From a bacterium (GTDB lineage Bacteria; UBA8248), in assembly GCA_965200245.1 (NCBI GenBank), contig CBDATS010000005.1, positions 640,001-704,000 on the forward strand: 64,000 nucleotides of DNA. Direction: 5' to 3'. The position numbers and the translations under genes were made by a program. Shown piece by piece: positions 32,832 through 43,465 of this stretch. Each line of letters starts with the position of its first letter. The first letter of the stretch is position 1. The notes under the pieces are model-generated. The model was not told the DNA's origin and ran no database searches. It saw nothing but the letters and a program-made list of their open reading frames with translations.

Positions 32832-33860
32832 CTACGGCCTGAGAACTATCTTCAAGGATTCCCCGGCTTCAGCGGCGAGGCGGAAGCCTTCCTGTGCCTG
32901 CGCGAGCGGGAACCTGTGTGTGATCATCTCCTCGACCATGACGCGCTTGGCGCGGATGAGCGCGAGCGCTTCTTCCAGATCAAGCGGTGCCGCGCCGTAA
33001 GTGGTGGTAATGGCGATCTGTTCGCCCCAGATTCGGTTCAAATCCATCTCATGGCGATAACCGGGCGGCATAGGGGCGAATAGTTGCAGGACGCCACAGG
33101 GTGCCACGCAGGCGAGTGCCGTCTCCAAAGCCTTGGGCGCGCCCGCACACAGGACAACGCGATCCGCCAAGCGGCCCTCATTCACCTCACACAAGGCCTC
33201 TGCCATGTCTTCACACGGGGGCAACGCGTACGCGCCGAACCGCTCGGCGGCTTCCAAACGCCAGGGATGAACATCGGTCGCAAAAACGGCCGCAGCCCCG
33301 AAGACGCGTGCCGCCTGGACGTGCAGAAGACCCGTCATGCCGCTTCCCACCACGAGTACGCTCAGGCCAGGCGTCATCCGGAAACGCCGCCAGCCGCGCA
33401 GCACGCAACCCAAAGGCTCAACAAACACTCCTGCCTCATCGGACACCTCATCGGGCAGACAGAGCGTCCCGCGCTCCACGTTGATGGCGGGCAGACGGAT
33501 GAACTCGGCGAAACCGCCCGGGTCGAAATCCGTACTTTTGAGCGCGGCGCAGGCGGTGTGGTCGCCGCGAAGGCACAGGGCACAGCAGTTGCACGGTACG
33601 TGATGGGTGGCGCAGACGCGGTCGCCCACACGGAAACCTTCCACCCCCTCTCCCGTTTGCGCGACGACACCTGTCACCTCATGGCCCAGCACACGTGGCG
33701 CGGTCCCCACACGATACCATTCCATGACGTCGCTACCGCAGATGCCGCTTGCCTGCGTCTTGACAAGAAGTTCACCTAATCCGGCGCGGGGCATCTCCAT
33801 CTCCTCGATCCGCACATCGGCGTTTCGGAAATAAACCGCCGCTCGCATGGTTTCCGGCAT
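32832..33860 (-). CDS. Zinc-dependent alcohol/polyol dehydrogenase
   Basis: GICGSD, GHE, structural-zinc cysteines (CNCCALC...C), VGSGMTG. Confidence 0.92.
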   Translation of the reverse strand: MPETMRAAVYFRNADVRIEEMEMPRAGLGELLVKTQASGICGSDVMEWYRVGTAPRVLGHEVTGVVAQTGEGVEGFRVGDRVCATHHVPCNCCALCLRGDHTACAALKSTDFDPGGFAEFIRLPAINVERGTLCLPDEVSDEAGVFVEPLGCVLRGWRRFRMTPGLSVLVVGSGMTGLLHVQAARVFGAAAVFATDVHPWRLEAAERFGAYALPPCEDMAEALCEVNEGRLADRVVLCAGAPKALETALACVAPCGVLQLFAPMPPGYRHEMDLNRIWGEQIAITTTYGAAPLDLEEALALIRAKRVMVEEMITHRFPLAQAQEGFRLAAEAGESLKIVLRP

Positions 33861-33889
33861 GACAATACTCCCTGAGTTACGCGCAGACC

Positions 33890-34783
33890 TCAGGCCGTGA
33901 GAGAAGCCGCGCTCAAATCCCTGAACATTTCATAGGCCGCATCGGGGACCAAGTCGTCATGCACAACGGCGCATACCGCCTGAATCATTGCTACCGGATG
34001 CGTACTCTGGAAGATGTTCCGCCCCATATCCACACCCACCGCGCCTTCGTCCATGGCGCGTCGGCAAAACATGAGCGCCTCGCGCTCGTGCACCTTCTTG
34101 CCACCAGCAATGATAATGGGCACGAAACAACCGCGCACCACCCGCTCGAAGCCCTCGCAGAAATAGGTCTTCACCACATCTGCCCCGTGTTCGGCGGCGA
34201 TGCGCGTTGCAAGACCCAGGTAGCGCGCATCACGTGTCATCTCCTTGCCGACCGCCGTAATCCCCAAGACCAGCAGACCCTCCCGACGACCCTCTTCACT
34301 CATGAGCGCCAGATTCACGATGGACTCCTTCTGGTAGCGCGCGCCCACATAGATGGACACCGAAACGCCCGCCACGCCCAAGCGCGCCGCCTCCGCCGCC
34401 GAGACGGTGATGGACTCGTTCGATAGCTCGCGGTTCACAATGTCATCTGCGATTTGCTCTCGCAAAGCCTCGCGCGCCGTCTCATTCTCGACTCCCGCCA
34501 TCCGTATGCTTAGTTCGCGCTCTAGTTCCACGGGGTCTGAATAGACGATAGCGTTACCACCCGAAGCCCTCAGAATCACAGGCGTTTTGCCCTCCGTTGG
34601 CATGCAGCGAAGGAAGACGCCCTTCGTGGGACTCACCGCATCGCAATAGGGCATCAGGTGTTCCATGGTCTTTCCCGGTTCTTCAAGACCCGAAGTCGGA
34701 CCCTGAAAGTAGCCGTGGTCTACCGCCAGCATGACGATGCGCCGTGTCTTCTTGTTCATGATCTTCATTGCTTGGTCAGACAT
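33890..34783 (-). CDS. lsrF: LsrF-like class I aldolase/thiolase (DhnA family)
   Basis: MLAVDHGYFQGPTSGLE, LRASGGN, ELSNE, ATRIAAEHGADVVKTY, AGGKK, GVDMGRNIFQS. Confidence 0.85.
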   Translation of the reverse strand: MSDQAMKIMNKKTRRIVMLAVDHGYFQGPTSGLEEPGKTMEHLMPYCDAVSPTKGVFLRCMPTEGKTPVILRASGGNAIVYSDPVELERELSIRMAGVENETAREALREQIADDIVNRELSNESITVSAAEAARLGVAGVSVSIYVGARYQKESIVNLALMSEEGRREGLLVLGITAVGKEMTRDARYLGLATRIAAEHGADVVKTYFCEGFERVVRGCFVPIIIAGGKKVHEREALMFCRRAMDEGAVGVDMGRNIFQSTHPVAMIQAVCAVVHDDLVPDAAYEMFRDLSAASLTA

Positions 34784-34865
34784 TCAGAGATTCTCCAGTA
34801 GTGGTCTGTAACGAACCGCGTTGGCATAGAACCAAGAAACAGTATCCCCCTCACTTTCAGGCATC

Positions 34866-35849
34866 CTATACATTCTCCGGCGGGATCGGCGGGCTGCCCT
34901 TGTAGAAGGCACGCGCCATGATGTGGTTTCTAGCCGTGAAATCCCCATCCCCTCTGTCCTCGGCCACCACGCGCTTCAAGAGATGGATTTTGGCGTCGAT
35001 GTCGTCCGCGTAGTGAAGAAGGAGCGCCTCAGCCGACATAGGCACCTTTACGGTTCCCCATTCGGGCTGGCCTTGGTGCGACAGGATGAGGTGCTCGAGA
35101 TGCAGCAGGAAATCCTCGGGCAATTTCTCACCTTCTGCGAATACACCCGCGCGCCCCGCCCACTCGCGAGCGATGTCGCGCCCCAGCACGATGTGGCCGA
35201 GCAAGCTGCCAGCAGGAGTGTAGTGTGTTGCGCCCTCGGTGGAGAGTTCCTCCAGTTTTCCAATGTCGTGCAGGAGCGCGCCGGCGACGAGAAGGTCTTT
35301 CGAAACGTCGTATTTGTCCGCGAGGTAGAGGCACGTTTTCGTGACCGAAAGGGTGTGTTCCAGTAAACCACCCAGATAAGGATGATGAATACGCTGGGAG
35401 GCAGGCCACTCGCGGAATTTCTCTTCATACGCATTCAGGATGGCGGTGAGATAGGCGGCCACAAGCGGGTGGCAGCTGTCCGCGATACGCTTCGCTTCTT
35501 CCCACATGACGTTGATATCGTACGGCGTACGCTGCACGCAGTTCTCGGGCCTGAAACCACTCTCATAATCCTGTTCGTTCACCCGGCGGATGCGTTCCAC
35601 GCGAAGTTGCAGACGGCCCTGGTAGTTTTCCGGCAGTGCCCGCACCTTGATGAAATCACCCACCCCAATCGGCCCTTGGGCCTGAGTCGCAGGCTCCCAG
35701 ACCTTGGCGGGGATATCGCCTGTCATGTCTTCAAGTACCAAATCGAGATATTCTCGGCCTGCGCGGCTCTGGCGTGTCTCGAATTCGCGGATATTGAAGA
35801 AAGAATCGAACCGTTCGCCCTCTTTCAGCGTTACAACATTGGCCACCAA
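34866..35849 (-). CDS. yhaM: 3'-5' exoribonuclease YhaM family (OB fold plus HD domain)
   Basis: N-terminal OB fold (LEDMTGDIPAKVW), HHPYLGGLLEHT, LLHDIGK, ILSHQG, ADDIDAK. Confidence 0.88.
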   Translation of the reverse strand: MVANVVTLKEGERFDSFFNIREFETRQSRAGREYLDLVLEDMTGDIPAKVWEPATQAQGPIGVGDFIKVRALPENYQGRLQLRVERIRRVNEQDYESGFRPENCVQRTPYDINVMWEEAKRIADSCHPLVAAYLTAILNAYEEKFREWPASQRIHHPYLGGLLEHTLSVTKTCLYLADKYDVSKDLLVAGALLHDIGKLEELSTEGATHYTPAGSLLGHIVLGRDIAREWAGRAGVFAEGEKLPEDFLLHLEHLILSHQGQPEWGTVKVPMSAEALLLHYADDIDAKIHLLKRVVAEDRGDGDFTARNHIMARAFYKGSPPIPPENV

Positions 35850-36272
35850 AAGCTCCTAAAAAAAAGAAATGAAAAACGCACGGAATGAGCGCGATGCTTC
35901 ATTGTAGGGGCAAGGGGGTGTGAGCCGCAATCAAAGGGAGTATATGAACTGTTATGGGGCATACCTTATTAAGTGGGTGGAAACTGATGCACGACGTAAG
36001 TGAATCTCTCGAAGCATGCCTGCGGTTTGCGGGCGCCGGATATGCTCGCGACGGCTTGATTCTTTCAACACCCCTGGCTCAACCCTCGAATTATCTAACA
36101 AAACCATCAACCCATACCTCATAAATCCCTTCAAAATTTCACGATCAACAAGCAAGGGAAGGCAAAAGACGCATGGGTTTGTTCTGTGGTATAAAAAGAC
36201 ACCGACAGGACCCATATCTCCATAAATTTCGAAAGGTTTCAGCGTATCCCATGATGACTCCATGAGACGAGA

Positions 36273-36758
36273 ATGAAAAAAACGCTTTCCATTCTGTGCG
36301 CGCTTGTGCTTGTGATACTCGCTTGCGCACCTGCCTCGGGAGCCGAGACCCGAAAACGCCTTACCTCGCGTGTCACCAAGGTCTATGACGGGGCGAGTTT
36401 TCAACTCGGCGGCGGCCTACGTTCCGCCTTGATCGGCGTGGCCGCCCCTGCGCCTGGCACGCCCGGCTCCGCGCAGGCCCGTACGTTCCTCAAGCGCCTC
36501 ATCAAGAACAGGACGGTGAACCTCGAAATCGACGAAAAACCTTTGGACTCCTCTGGACAGAGCCTCTACTACGTCTTCCTCGAAGAAGGTGGCCTCGTCA
36601 ATGTCCTGATAGTGCTCCGAGGCCTGGGACGCGCCCTCGTGAAACACCCCAATGTGCGCTACCGAAAAGAGTTGATAGAAGCGGAAAACCTCGCCAAGAG
36701 ATACCGGCGTGGCGTGTGGGGAGACGCATTCGATCCGCGCGATCCGATAGACCGCTAG
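36273..36758 (+). CDS. Exported thermonuclease (SNase)-fold protein with degenerate active site
   Basis: Signal peptide, then VTKVYDG, LIGVAAP, VNVLIVLRGLG, and AKRYRRGVWG C-terminus. Confidence 0.8.
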   Translation: MKKTLSILCALVLVILACAPASGAETRKRLTSRVTKVYDGASFQLGGGLRSALIGVAAPAPGTPGSAQARTFLKRLIKNRTVNLEIDEKPLDSSGQSLYYVFLEEGGLVNVLIVLRGLGRALVKHPNVRYRKELIEAENLAKRYRRGVWGDAFDPRDPIDR

Positions 36759-36884
36759 ATTTCATGCAGGCTACGCCAGAGAGATACTCCCATTATTTCC
36801 TCCTTCCCCGCTTCAGATTCGACCCGCTTTTCTTCGCAATCTCCCTGATTTGCGAACCTTATAGAGAGCAAGGGGATACCTTCC

Positions 36885-37328
36885 TCATCTCCTCGAAATA
36901 CCCTTCCTCCCGACCCAAAGTGCCACGCGTCTCAAGCGGCGGAACCAGGGGTAGAACACCCGTACGCGCGAAGGATTCGAGGCGAACAACCGAGAGAAAC
37001 TGCCCCACCAGCCGGATTCACTCATCATCGACTCAAGCACCGACATCGCTTGAGCGCCTTGGTAGCGCTTGCCTTTCATAACGAGCACCATCCCCTCATC
37101 GACCTCACAGCCCTGAACACGCAACTCGCCAAGAAGTTTAGGCGCACGGTTCGCGTCGATGAGCTTCAAAGGTCGTCCGTTCGGAGTACGAAACTCCGAT
37201 TTTCGTGCATAGAAACTGCAAAACGGACACTCGCCGTCATAGAGCAAATAATCGTCATGAGCGGAAGTTTCGGCGTGTTCTGTGCGCTTGTCTTCGGGTG
37301 AAGTCATCTTCGCCTCCTCCGTTTTCAC
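36885..37328 (-). CDS. DCC-family (DUF393) thiol-disulfide oxidoreductase
   Basis: LLYDGECPFC (DxxCxxC) motif. Confidence 0.88.
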   Translation of the reverse strand: MKTEEAKMTSPEDKRTEHAETSAHDDYLLYDGECPFCSFYARKSEFRTPNGRPLKLIDANRAPKLLGELRVQGCEVDEGMVLVMKGKRYQGAQAMSVLESMMSESGWWGSFSRLFASNPSRVRVFYPWFRRLRRVALWVGRKGISRR

Positions 37329-37552
37329 GTACTCATTCTCCGCGCAGAAAAGCAGGGAAGCAAGCGAGTACAGCGGCTCATGAGTCAGAGGTAAATCGGG
37401 GCTTCAAAGCTAGAAAAAAGAGCGCTTCTCAAAAATGAAAATGTGTGTAGCTCACTGTTATCTCCTGATCCTTCGCCAAAGCCTCGAGATAGAGGCAAGA
37501 CCCACGGTTAGCAAAGGTGTCTCTGCCGTAGCGACTTCGAGGGCACGTCCCC

Positions 37553-39318
37553 CTACCACCCCACGGCGTAGGATTAGCGTCTAGGGTCGGCCCCGCCAAG
37601 CAAGAAACCCGTCTCGGGATCTTTGACGATCATGCAGACGCTACCGGGCGGCGAGCCGAAATCGGGCCACACGCCCATCTTGTAGCCCATTTCGGTGAGC
37701 ACGGGGCCGACATCACTCAAAAGCCGCGCCTCCGCCCGCGCGCTCGCGGGTTCGTAGAGATGGGGCCAGAAGGAATTCGGGAAGTTGTAGGTGGCCGCCC
37801 TCGGCGCTTCGACCGCCATCTGGGGCGGCATACCGAAGAGCGTGTGGTTCAGGAAAACCTGGAGCATCGACTGAGGCTGGGTGTCACCCCCCGGTGTGCC
37901 AAGCGTCATGTAGAATGCGCCGTCTTTGAGCGTGAGGGCGGGATTCGGCGTGAGCCTTGGGCGCTTCCAGGGCGTGAGTGAACTCGGATGCGCCGGGTCG
38001 AGCCAACTTTGGGAACGCGCCCCGAGACGGTTGCGCCCACACCGGGCAAGAAAGGCATCGTGTTCGCTGGGTCCGATGGCGTGCAGGAAAACGCATTTCC
38101 CTCCGAATCCACCGCCGTGCAATACGAGGTATCGTGCTGGAATTCAGTTCCCAAGGCTTGCGGAACGCTGTGCGCGCCGTCGTAACGCGACGGGTGCGCG
38201 CACCCTTGGTGCGACCAGGGGTCTCTGGCTTCCGGCATGTCGGCGAAGGCACTTCGCATATTGATCCGTTCCGCTTGCCGAGCGGCGTATTCACTGGATA
38301 GAAGGCCCTCAATCGGCACGCCCACGAATTCGGGGTCGCCAATGAAGGCCTCCCTGTCCGCAAACGCGAGGTTTAACGCGGCCATCAGCGCGTGGAGATA
38401 GTCGGGTGAGTTATGGCCCAAAGCTTCCATGTCGAAGTTGGCGAGAATGTTCATCGCTTCAAGCAACGTAGGCCCTTGGCACCAGGGACCGCAGGCGAAG
38501 ACCTCGTGCCCAAGATATTCCGTTGCCACGGGTTCTTCTTCCAGCACATGGAAGTCGGCCAGATCGTCCATGGTCATCAACCCGCCTTCTCGTTGGATGA
38601 AATCGACAGTCAGGCGGGCCGTCTCGCCGGTGTATAACTCATCACGAGCCGCGCAAACGCCTGCGGCTCTTCCGCCGCTTGCCGACTCCTCTGCACGCAC
38701 CATGCGCCGCATGGTTTCAGCCAGTTCGGGAATACGCACCCGCCTACCAACAGGGATGAGATGGCCATCCGGGAAGTAGACGGGACGCGTCGATTCCCAG
38801 CGAAAGTAGTCTTTTTCCGCTCCCTTGATATGTTCATACATGAAATGGTGCATGGCGAAACCATCTTCAGCCAGGGAGATAGCGTCCCCGGCGACTTCAG
38901 CAAAAGTTTTTGTGCCGTAGCATGCAAGCGCCGTGAGCCATGCGTCCGCCGCAGCGGGGGTGACGGCGCGCCTCACTCCTGGGGGAATCTCACCACCGCA
39001 GTTATTCTCAAACCACTCGATGGATGCCGCTTTAGGCCAGCGGCCAAGGCCGCTGATCGTGAGGACACGCTCTTCTTTTGCGAGATAGATAATCGTGGGC
39101 GCTACGCCCAGAAAGGACACCATGTCGGATAGCAAGACGCTCAGGCATATACCCGCCGCAACGCCCGCATCTATCGCATTGCCAACTTTTTCGAGGATCC
39201 TCGGGCCCGCCTGGCTCGCGTAGTGATGGCCGGATACGACCATCGCCTCGTGAGCGAAAACCTGCGGCCTGTGGGAGATGTATACGCGGCCTTCGGGCGT
39301 GGTGTGGCGAAACGCCAT
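37553..39318 (-). pseudogene. Gamma-glutamyltransferase family gene with a frameshift and a premature stop
   Basis: GNAIDAG, LAFADR and nucleophile region HDTSYCTAVDSEGN lie in one frame; KRPRLTPNP, LGTPGGDTQPQ and GGADPRR lie in another. One base is missing near 38015, and TAA at 37574-37576 precedes SYAVGW-TAG. Confidence 0.85.
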
Positions 39319-39482
39319 GAGGGAGCCTCCTCACTTAAGGAGCATTGAGTCCCGGCCATCTTGGCAGATAGTTACGGGGAATCACAAAGAGTCAGTCCCG
39401 AGCGATCAGGGAGAGACTGCATTCTTCCAATCAATTCGGGAGGAATTTCACGCCTGTCATAGGGACCATTCGTGAACTGCTT

Positions 39483-40385
39483 CTACAAAACAGCCTCATC
39501 CACGAAGCGCATATCCACCGCCTGCTCAAAAGAGACCGCAGTCTTTATCAGACCTCCACTCAGGCACGCTGCCCCAAGCCACTCGAAGCTCTCTTGTGCG
39601 AGGCGGGGGGTTTCGTTCCAGAGACCGAGGCCTTGGTAGCGCGCAATGGCCGCCGCAAGAAGCTCAATATCCATTTCCACGAACCAAGGCTTCACGAGCC
39701 GGGCGACAGTCTCGGCGTCGTTTTCCGCGAGCCAGTGTTCGGTCCTTACCATGGCGCGCGCCATGCCGAGGGCGGATTCGGGCTGCTCCTTAAGGAACGA
39801 GGCCGAAGCATAGAACGCCGTATAAGTCGTGAGACCACGCTCCGCCGCTTGATACCAGATGTAACCCTCCCCCTCTCGAATCAACTCCTCGGCAAAGGGT
39901 TGAAACACCTGGATGATGTCGACCTCGCCCGCGCGCAGGGCGTCGGCGTTTTCGCTCATCGTTCGGTCCGGGATTCTGTTCAACTTATCCGGATCCAGCC
40001 CTGCCAGGCGGAGGTCGTGCTGCAGGCACATCCATGGAGTGGGCACCTCGCTCACCGTGGCGATTTTGGGGCCTATCAGATCATTTATCTGGAACCCGGG
40101 ATTCGGCTCGTGCCCGATCAGGAAAAACGGATCGCGGCAGACGACCTCGCAGAACACCTTCAGATCGCAGCCCGGGTCCTTGTCGTACGCCACCAAGACG
40201 CGCATGGGACCGCCCCAACTGACCTGCGCTTCGCCAGAGATGAGTAGACTCGTGTTCCGGGCGGGGTCGGGCGAGGTTTCCACGCTAACGTCCACGCCCT
40301 CCTCTTCGTAGGCCCCCAGACTGGAAGCGGCGTAGAACGGCGTGTAGAAAACGGCCCTGAAATTCTCAAGCAGCGTGACGCGCAA
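39483..40385 (-). CDS. ABC-type substrate-binding protein, NMT1/THI5-like
   Basis: ENFRAVFYTPFY, SWGGPMR, DPFFLIG, FQPF. No obvious signal peptide and no adjacent ABC permease. Confidence 0.8.
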   Translation of the reverse strand: MRVTLLENFRAVFYTPFYAASSLGAYEEEGVDVSVETSPDPARNTSLLISGEAQVSWGGPMRVLVAYDKDPGCDLKVFCEVVCRDPFFLIGHEPNPGFQINDLIGPKIATVSEVPTPWMCLQHDLRLAGLDPDKLNRIPDRTMSENADALRAGEVDIIQVFQPFAEELIREGEGYIWYQAAERGLTTYTAFYASASFLKEQPESALGMARAMVRTEHWLAENDAETVARLVKPWFVEMDIELLAAAIARYQGLGLWNETPRLAQESFEWLGAACLSGGLIKTAVSFEQAVDMRFVDEAVL

Positions 40386-40483
40386 ACCTGTCTCCTGAAG
40401 GGCGTGAATGAAGAAGACGACAATAGAACCCGCCAGCCGATGGTGGAGTCGTCATGCCAGCGGCGGCATGCAGCACCGAGTCC

Positions 40484-42457
40484 TTACACAGAAGCGGCGC
40501 CTCCAGCCACGGGGGCGGGCGTGGGTTCTCCCTCCTCGGCGAAACGCCTTCTCTGCAGGATGAATACCGCGCCCAATATGACCGCGCCAGCCAAGTGGTT
40601 AACGTAGCCCGGCCAGAACAGCAGTCCCGCCGCCACGAACAAAAGCCCGCGCATCGGTATCGAGAAGCGGAAATACATAAATCCGACCATGGCGGCGGCC
40701 AAAGCCTGGAAACCGAGAAGCCCCGCAACAAAAGTCTCAAGCGAGAGCCAAGGCTGTCGGATGAGCAGAATCGGGGTGAAGGCGAACATCAGGGGCAGGA
40801 TATACATGCCCTTCGCCGTGCGGAATGACGCCCAGGCGGCTTTCGCCGGGTTAGCGTCCGCTATCCCCGCTGCCGTATAGGCAGGCACGCACACAGGTGG
40901 CGTGAAGCAACTATCCAGACTGTACCAGAACACGATGAGGTGTGCCGAGAGCAGCGAGAGCATGTAGGGTTCTCCGAGTTCCAAAAGCGCAGGCACGGCC
41001 ATGACGGACAAGACGATGTAGGCCGCGCTCGTTGGCAGACCCATGCCGAGTACGAAAGAAGCGACACCCACCAGCAGGATACCCATGAACAGGTTGTCGT
41101 TCGCCAGATTCGTGACCAACGAGGAGAACTTGAGACCCAGACCGGTCTGGAACAACGCGCCCATGATAATGCCCACCGCGCCCACCGCCGCGCAGATGGG
41201 AAGTGACTGAATTGCCCCCTTCTCAAGCGCAAGTACGATATTCCAGAGGCCGCGGCCAACCTCACTCACCACTTCTGTGAGGTTCACGCCCTCCCTCCTG
41301 GCCTTTTCCAGCATGACCAGGGCGCCCTTGAGCCCGGCCAGGAGCACGACGGAAAGAATACCCGCGAGACCTGCATAGGGTACGGTTCTGCCCGTCATGA
41401 GAATCGCCAGGATCACCAGCGGGGGCAGAAGGTAGAACCACCCTTCCTTCATGATGGGTCCAAGGGGGGGTATCAAATCCCTGGGCATACCGACCAAGCC
41501 TTCTTTTCTCGCTTCCAAATGCACGGTCGCGTAAACGGAAAAGAAATACAAAACGGCGGGCAGGATGGAGACCTTCACGATCTCCCAATACGATATGCCA
41601 GTGAACTCCACGATCAGGAACGCGGAAGCCCCCATGACGGGCGGCATGATCTGCCCTCCTGTGGAGGCCGCCGTCTCAATAGCCGCTGCTATCTCAGGCT
41701 TGAAACCTGTGCGCTTCATCATTGGGATGGTGAACGAACCCGTGGTGACTACGTTCGCGTTCGCGCTGCCCATGATCGTGCCCGTCATGGCGCTGGCGAA
41801 GACAGCCGCCTTCGCCGGGCCTCCGCGCAGCCTTCCTGCGATGGACACGGAGAGTTTCACGTAGAAATCGGCGGCTCCCATGCGGTCGAGAAACGCGCCG
41901 AAGAGGATGAACAAGAAGATATAGACCGAAAAGACGCTCAAGGGCGCCGTCCATAGTCCATCGTAGGTAAAGTATTGGTGATCGATGATGTGCATATAAG
42001 GGGCCCCCTTGTGCGCCAGATGCCATGGAAAATAGGGGCCAAAATACGAATAGACCAAAAAGAAAAGCGATATCATCGGAAGCGCCAGGTTGATGGTCCT
42101 GCGTGCCGCCTCGAAGGTGAACAACAAAACCACCGTTCCCAGAAACAAATCTATGGGCTCGAGCGGGTCGACGTAATACAAGCGATCCAGAAAATAATCG
42201 GTGAACAGTATCGGGTAGGCAATGGAGACAACCACGAGGAGGCAGACGGCGGCCGCCACGACGGCTCGCCACCCGCCTCCTGCGGGTTTTCGATAAATGA
42301 TGAATATCAGGGTCATCCCGAAGAGATACGAGAGCGCCCTCTGGTACAGCGGTTCATACCCTCCCGTGTAGGCCACCTGAATGTGAAAGACGGACATGCT
42401 GACTGCAACCGCCAGAACAAGCCAATCCAGAGGGGTTCTTTCTTTCATATCGCTCAC
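40484..42457 (-). CDS. TRAP transporter fused 4TM/12TM permease
   Basis: GGPAKAAV, ANVVTTGSFTIPMMK, ASTGGQIMPPVMGA, LGMGLPTSAAY, TPPV. Confidence 0.95.
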   Translation of the reverse strand: MSDMKERTPLDWLVLAVAVSMSVFHIQVAYTGGYEPLYQRALSYLFGMTLIFIIYRKPAGGGWRAVVAAAVCLLVVVSIAYPILFTDYFLDRLYYVDPLEPIDLFLGTVVLLFTFEAARRTINLALPMISLFFLVYSYFGPYFPWHLAHKGAPYMHIIDHQYFTYDGLWTAPLSVFSVYIFLFILFGAFLDRMGAADFYVKLSVSIAGRLRGGPAKAAVFASAMTGTIMGSANANVVTTGSFTIPMMKRTGFKPEIAAAIETAASTGGQIMPPVMGASAFLIVEFTGISYWEIVKVSILPAVLYFFSVYATVHLEARKEGLVGMPRDLIPPLGPIMKEGWFYLLPPLVILAILMTGRTVPYAGLAGILSVVLLAGLKGALVMLEKARREGVNLTEVVSEVGRGLWNIVLALEKGAIQSLPICAAVGAVGIIMGALFQTGLGLKFSSLVTNLANDNLFMGILLVGVASFVLGMGLPTSAAYIVLSVMAVPALLELGEPYMLSLLSAHLIVFWYSLDSCFTPPVCVPAYTAAGIADANPAKAAWASFRTAKGMYILPLMFAFTPILLIRQPWLSLETFVAGLLGFQALAAAMVGFMYFRFSIPMRGLLFVAAGLLFWPGYVNHLAGAVILGAVFILQRRRFAEEGEPTPAPVAGGAASV

Positions 42458-42481
42458 GCTTGCGCCTCATTCCAGGGATGG

Positions 42482-43465
42482 TTACATCGAAGCCCCGATT
42501 TCCTTGTAGAAGCGCTTGGCACCATCATGCAACGGCACGCCAATATTCATGCCCGCCTTCTTGGGATTCCACCTCTTGTAAATTTTATGGACGCCGCCCA
42601 GAAACTTCTGCTCGTCTTTCGCAATCTTGAGGATAGAGTAGACCACGTCGGCACTCATCTTGGTCGTGGTGAGCAGCACGCCCGAAAGTCCCATGGAGTC
42701 CTTGGGTTTGGGGTTGCCCTTGTAGATACCGCCGGGAATCTGGCATGGCGTGAAACCGTGGCCCGCCAGCATTTTCTTCACGTCGTCCGCCATATCCAGG
42801 AACACGAGATTGCGGCCCAAGGCCGCCTGGATGCCTGCGCCGTTGGGGTCGCCCGAATTGTGAAAATAGAAATCGATCTGGCGCGCCCTGATCGCGCGTG
42901 ACATGCCGCCAGCACCCGGGAAAGTGAGTTTGTAACCTCGCTTGGTGAGTTCCTTGTAACTCGTCCCGTAGTGCTTGACGATCAGACTCGCTACGTACTC
43001 CGTGCTGGTTCCTTTTTTGGCAGGGGCCAGCTTGTGGGGCTTTTTCGACTTGATGATGTCGCCCCAGGTCTTGACACCCCCATCATAGAGTTCCTTGGCA
43101 GCGTACTGGTGGTAGCACGAAGCCCAGAAGGTGGCGATGCCCCGGAGGTTCTTGAAGGACTTCTTGAAAGGAGTCTTGCCTGCCATGGCAGCGGCGGCGA
43201 AGTTCGAGAAGGTATAACCGAAGTCTGCACCTCCCCCTCCCACACGGGCCGGGTTCGCGCGCCCGCCACCGGGCACCACGCTGAGGATGATCTTTTTCTG
43301 TTTTCTGTTGACGATTTCGCTAAGGCCTGCACCCAGTCGGCCCATCGTGCCACCGAGGCTGCCAACCGCGAGGTCGTACTTCGCAGGCGCGGCGTAGACA
43401 TCCCCCACCGTCAGGAACGGCAGGGTCAGCGCCAGAATTCCGAACATCATGACGATTCTCTTCAT
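42482..43465 (-). CDS. TAXI-family TRAP solute-binding protein
   Basis: Signal peptide, GSLGGT, GGGRAN, PLHDGAKRFYKE C-terminus; adjacent to the fused permease. ATG at 43465 follows AAGGAG. Confidence 0.9.
   Translation of the reverse strand: MKRIVMMFGILALTLPFLTVGDVYAAPAKYDLAVGSLGGTMGRLGAGLSEIVNRKQKKIILSVVPGGGRANPARVGGGGADFGYTFSNFAAAAMAGKTPFKKSFKNLRGIATFWASCYHQYAAKELYDGGVKTWGDIIKSKKPHKLAPAKKGTSTEYVASLIVKHYGTSYKELTKRGYKLTFPGAGGMSRAIRARQIDFYFHNSGDPNGAGIQAALGRNLVFLDMADDVKKMLAGHGFTPCQIPGGIYKGNPKPKDSMGLSGVLLTTTKMSADVVYSILKIAKDEQKFLGGVHKIYKRWNPKKAGMNIGVPLHDGAKRFYKEIGASM

Noticed and set aside
38005-38025. Programmed frameshift in the gamma-glutamyltransferase gene
   Set aside because: No slippery heptamer is visible and a second nonsense lesion exists downstream.
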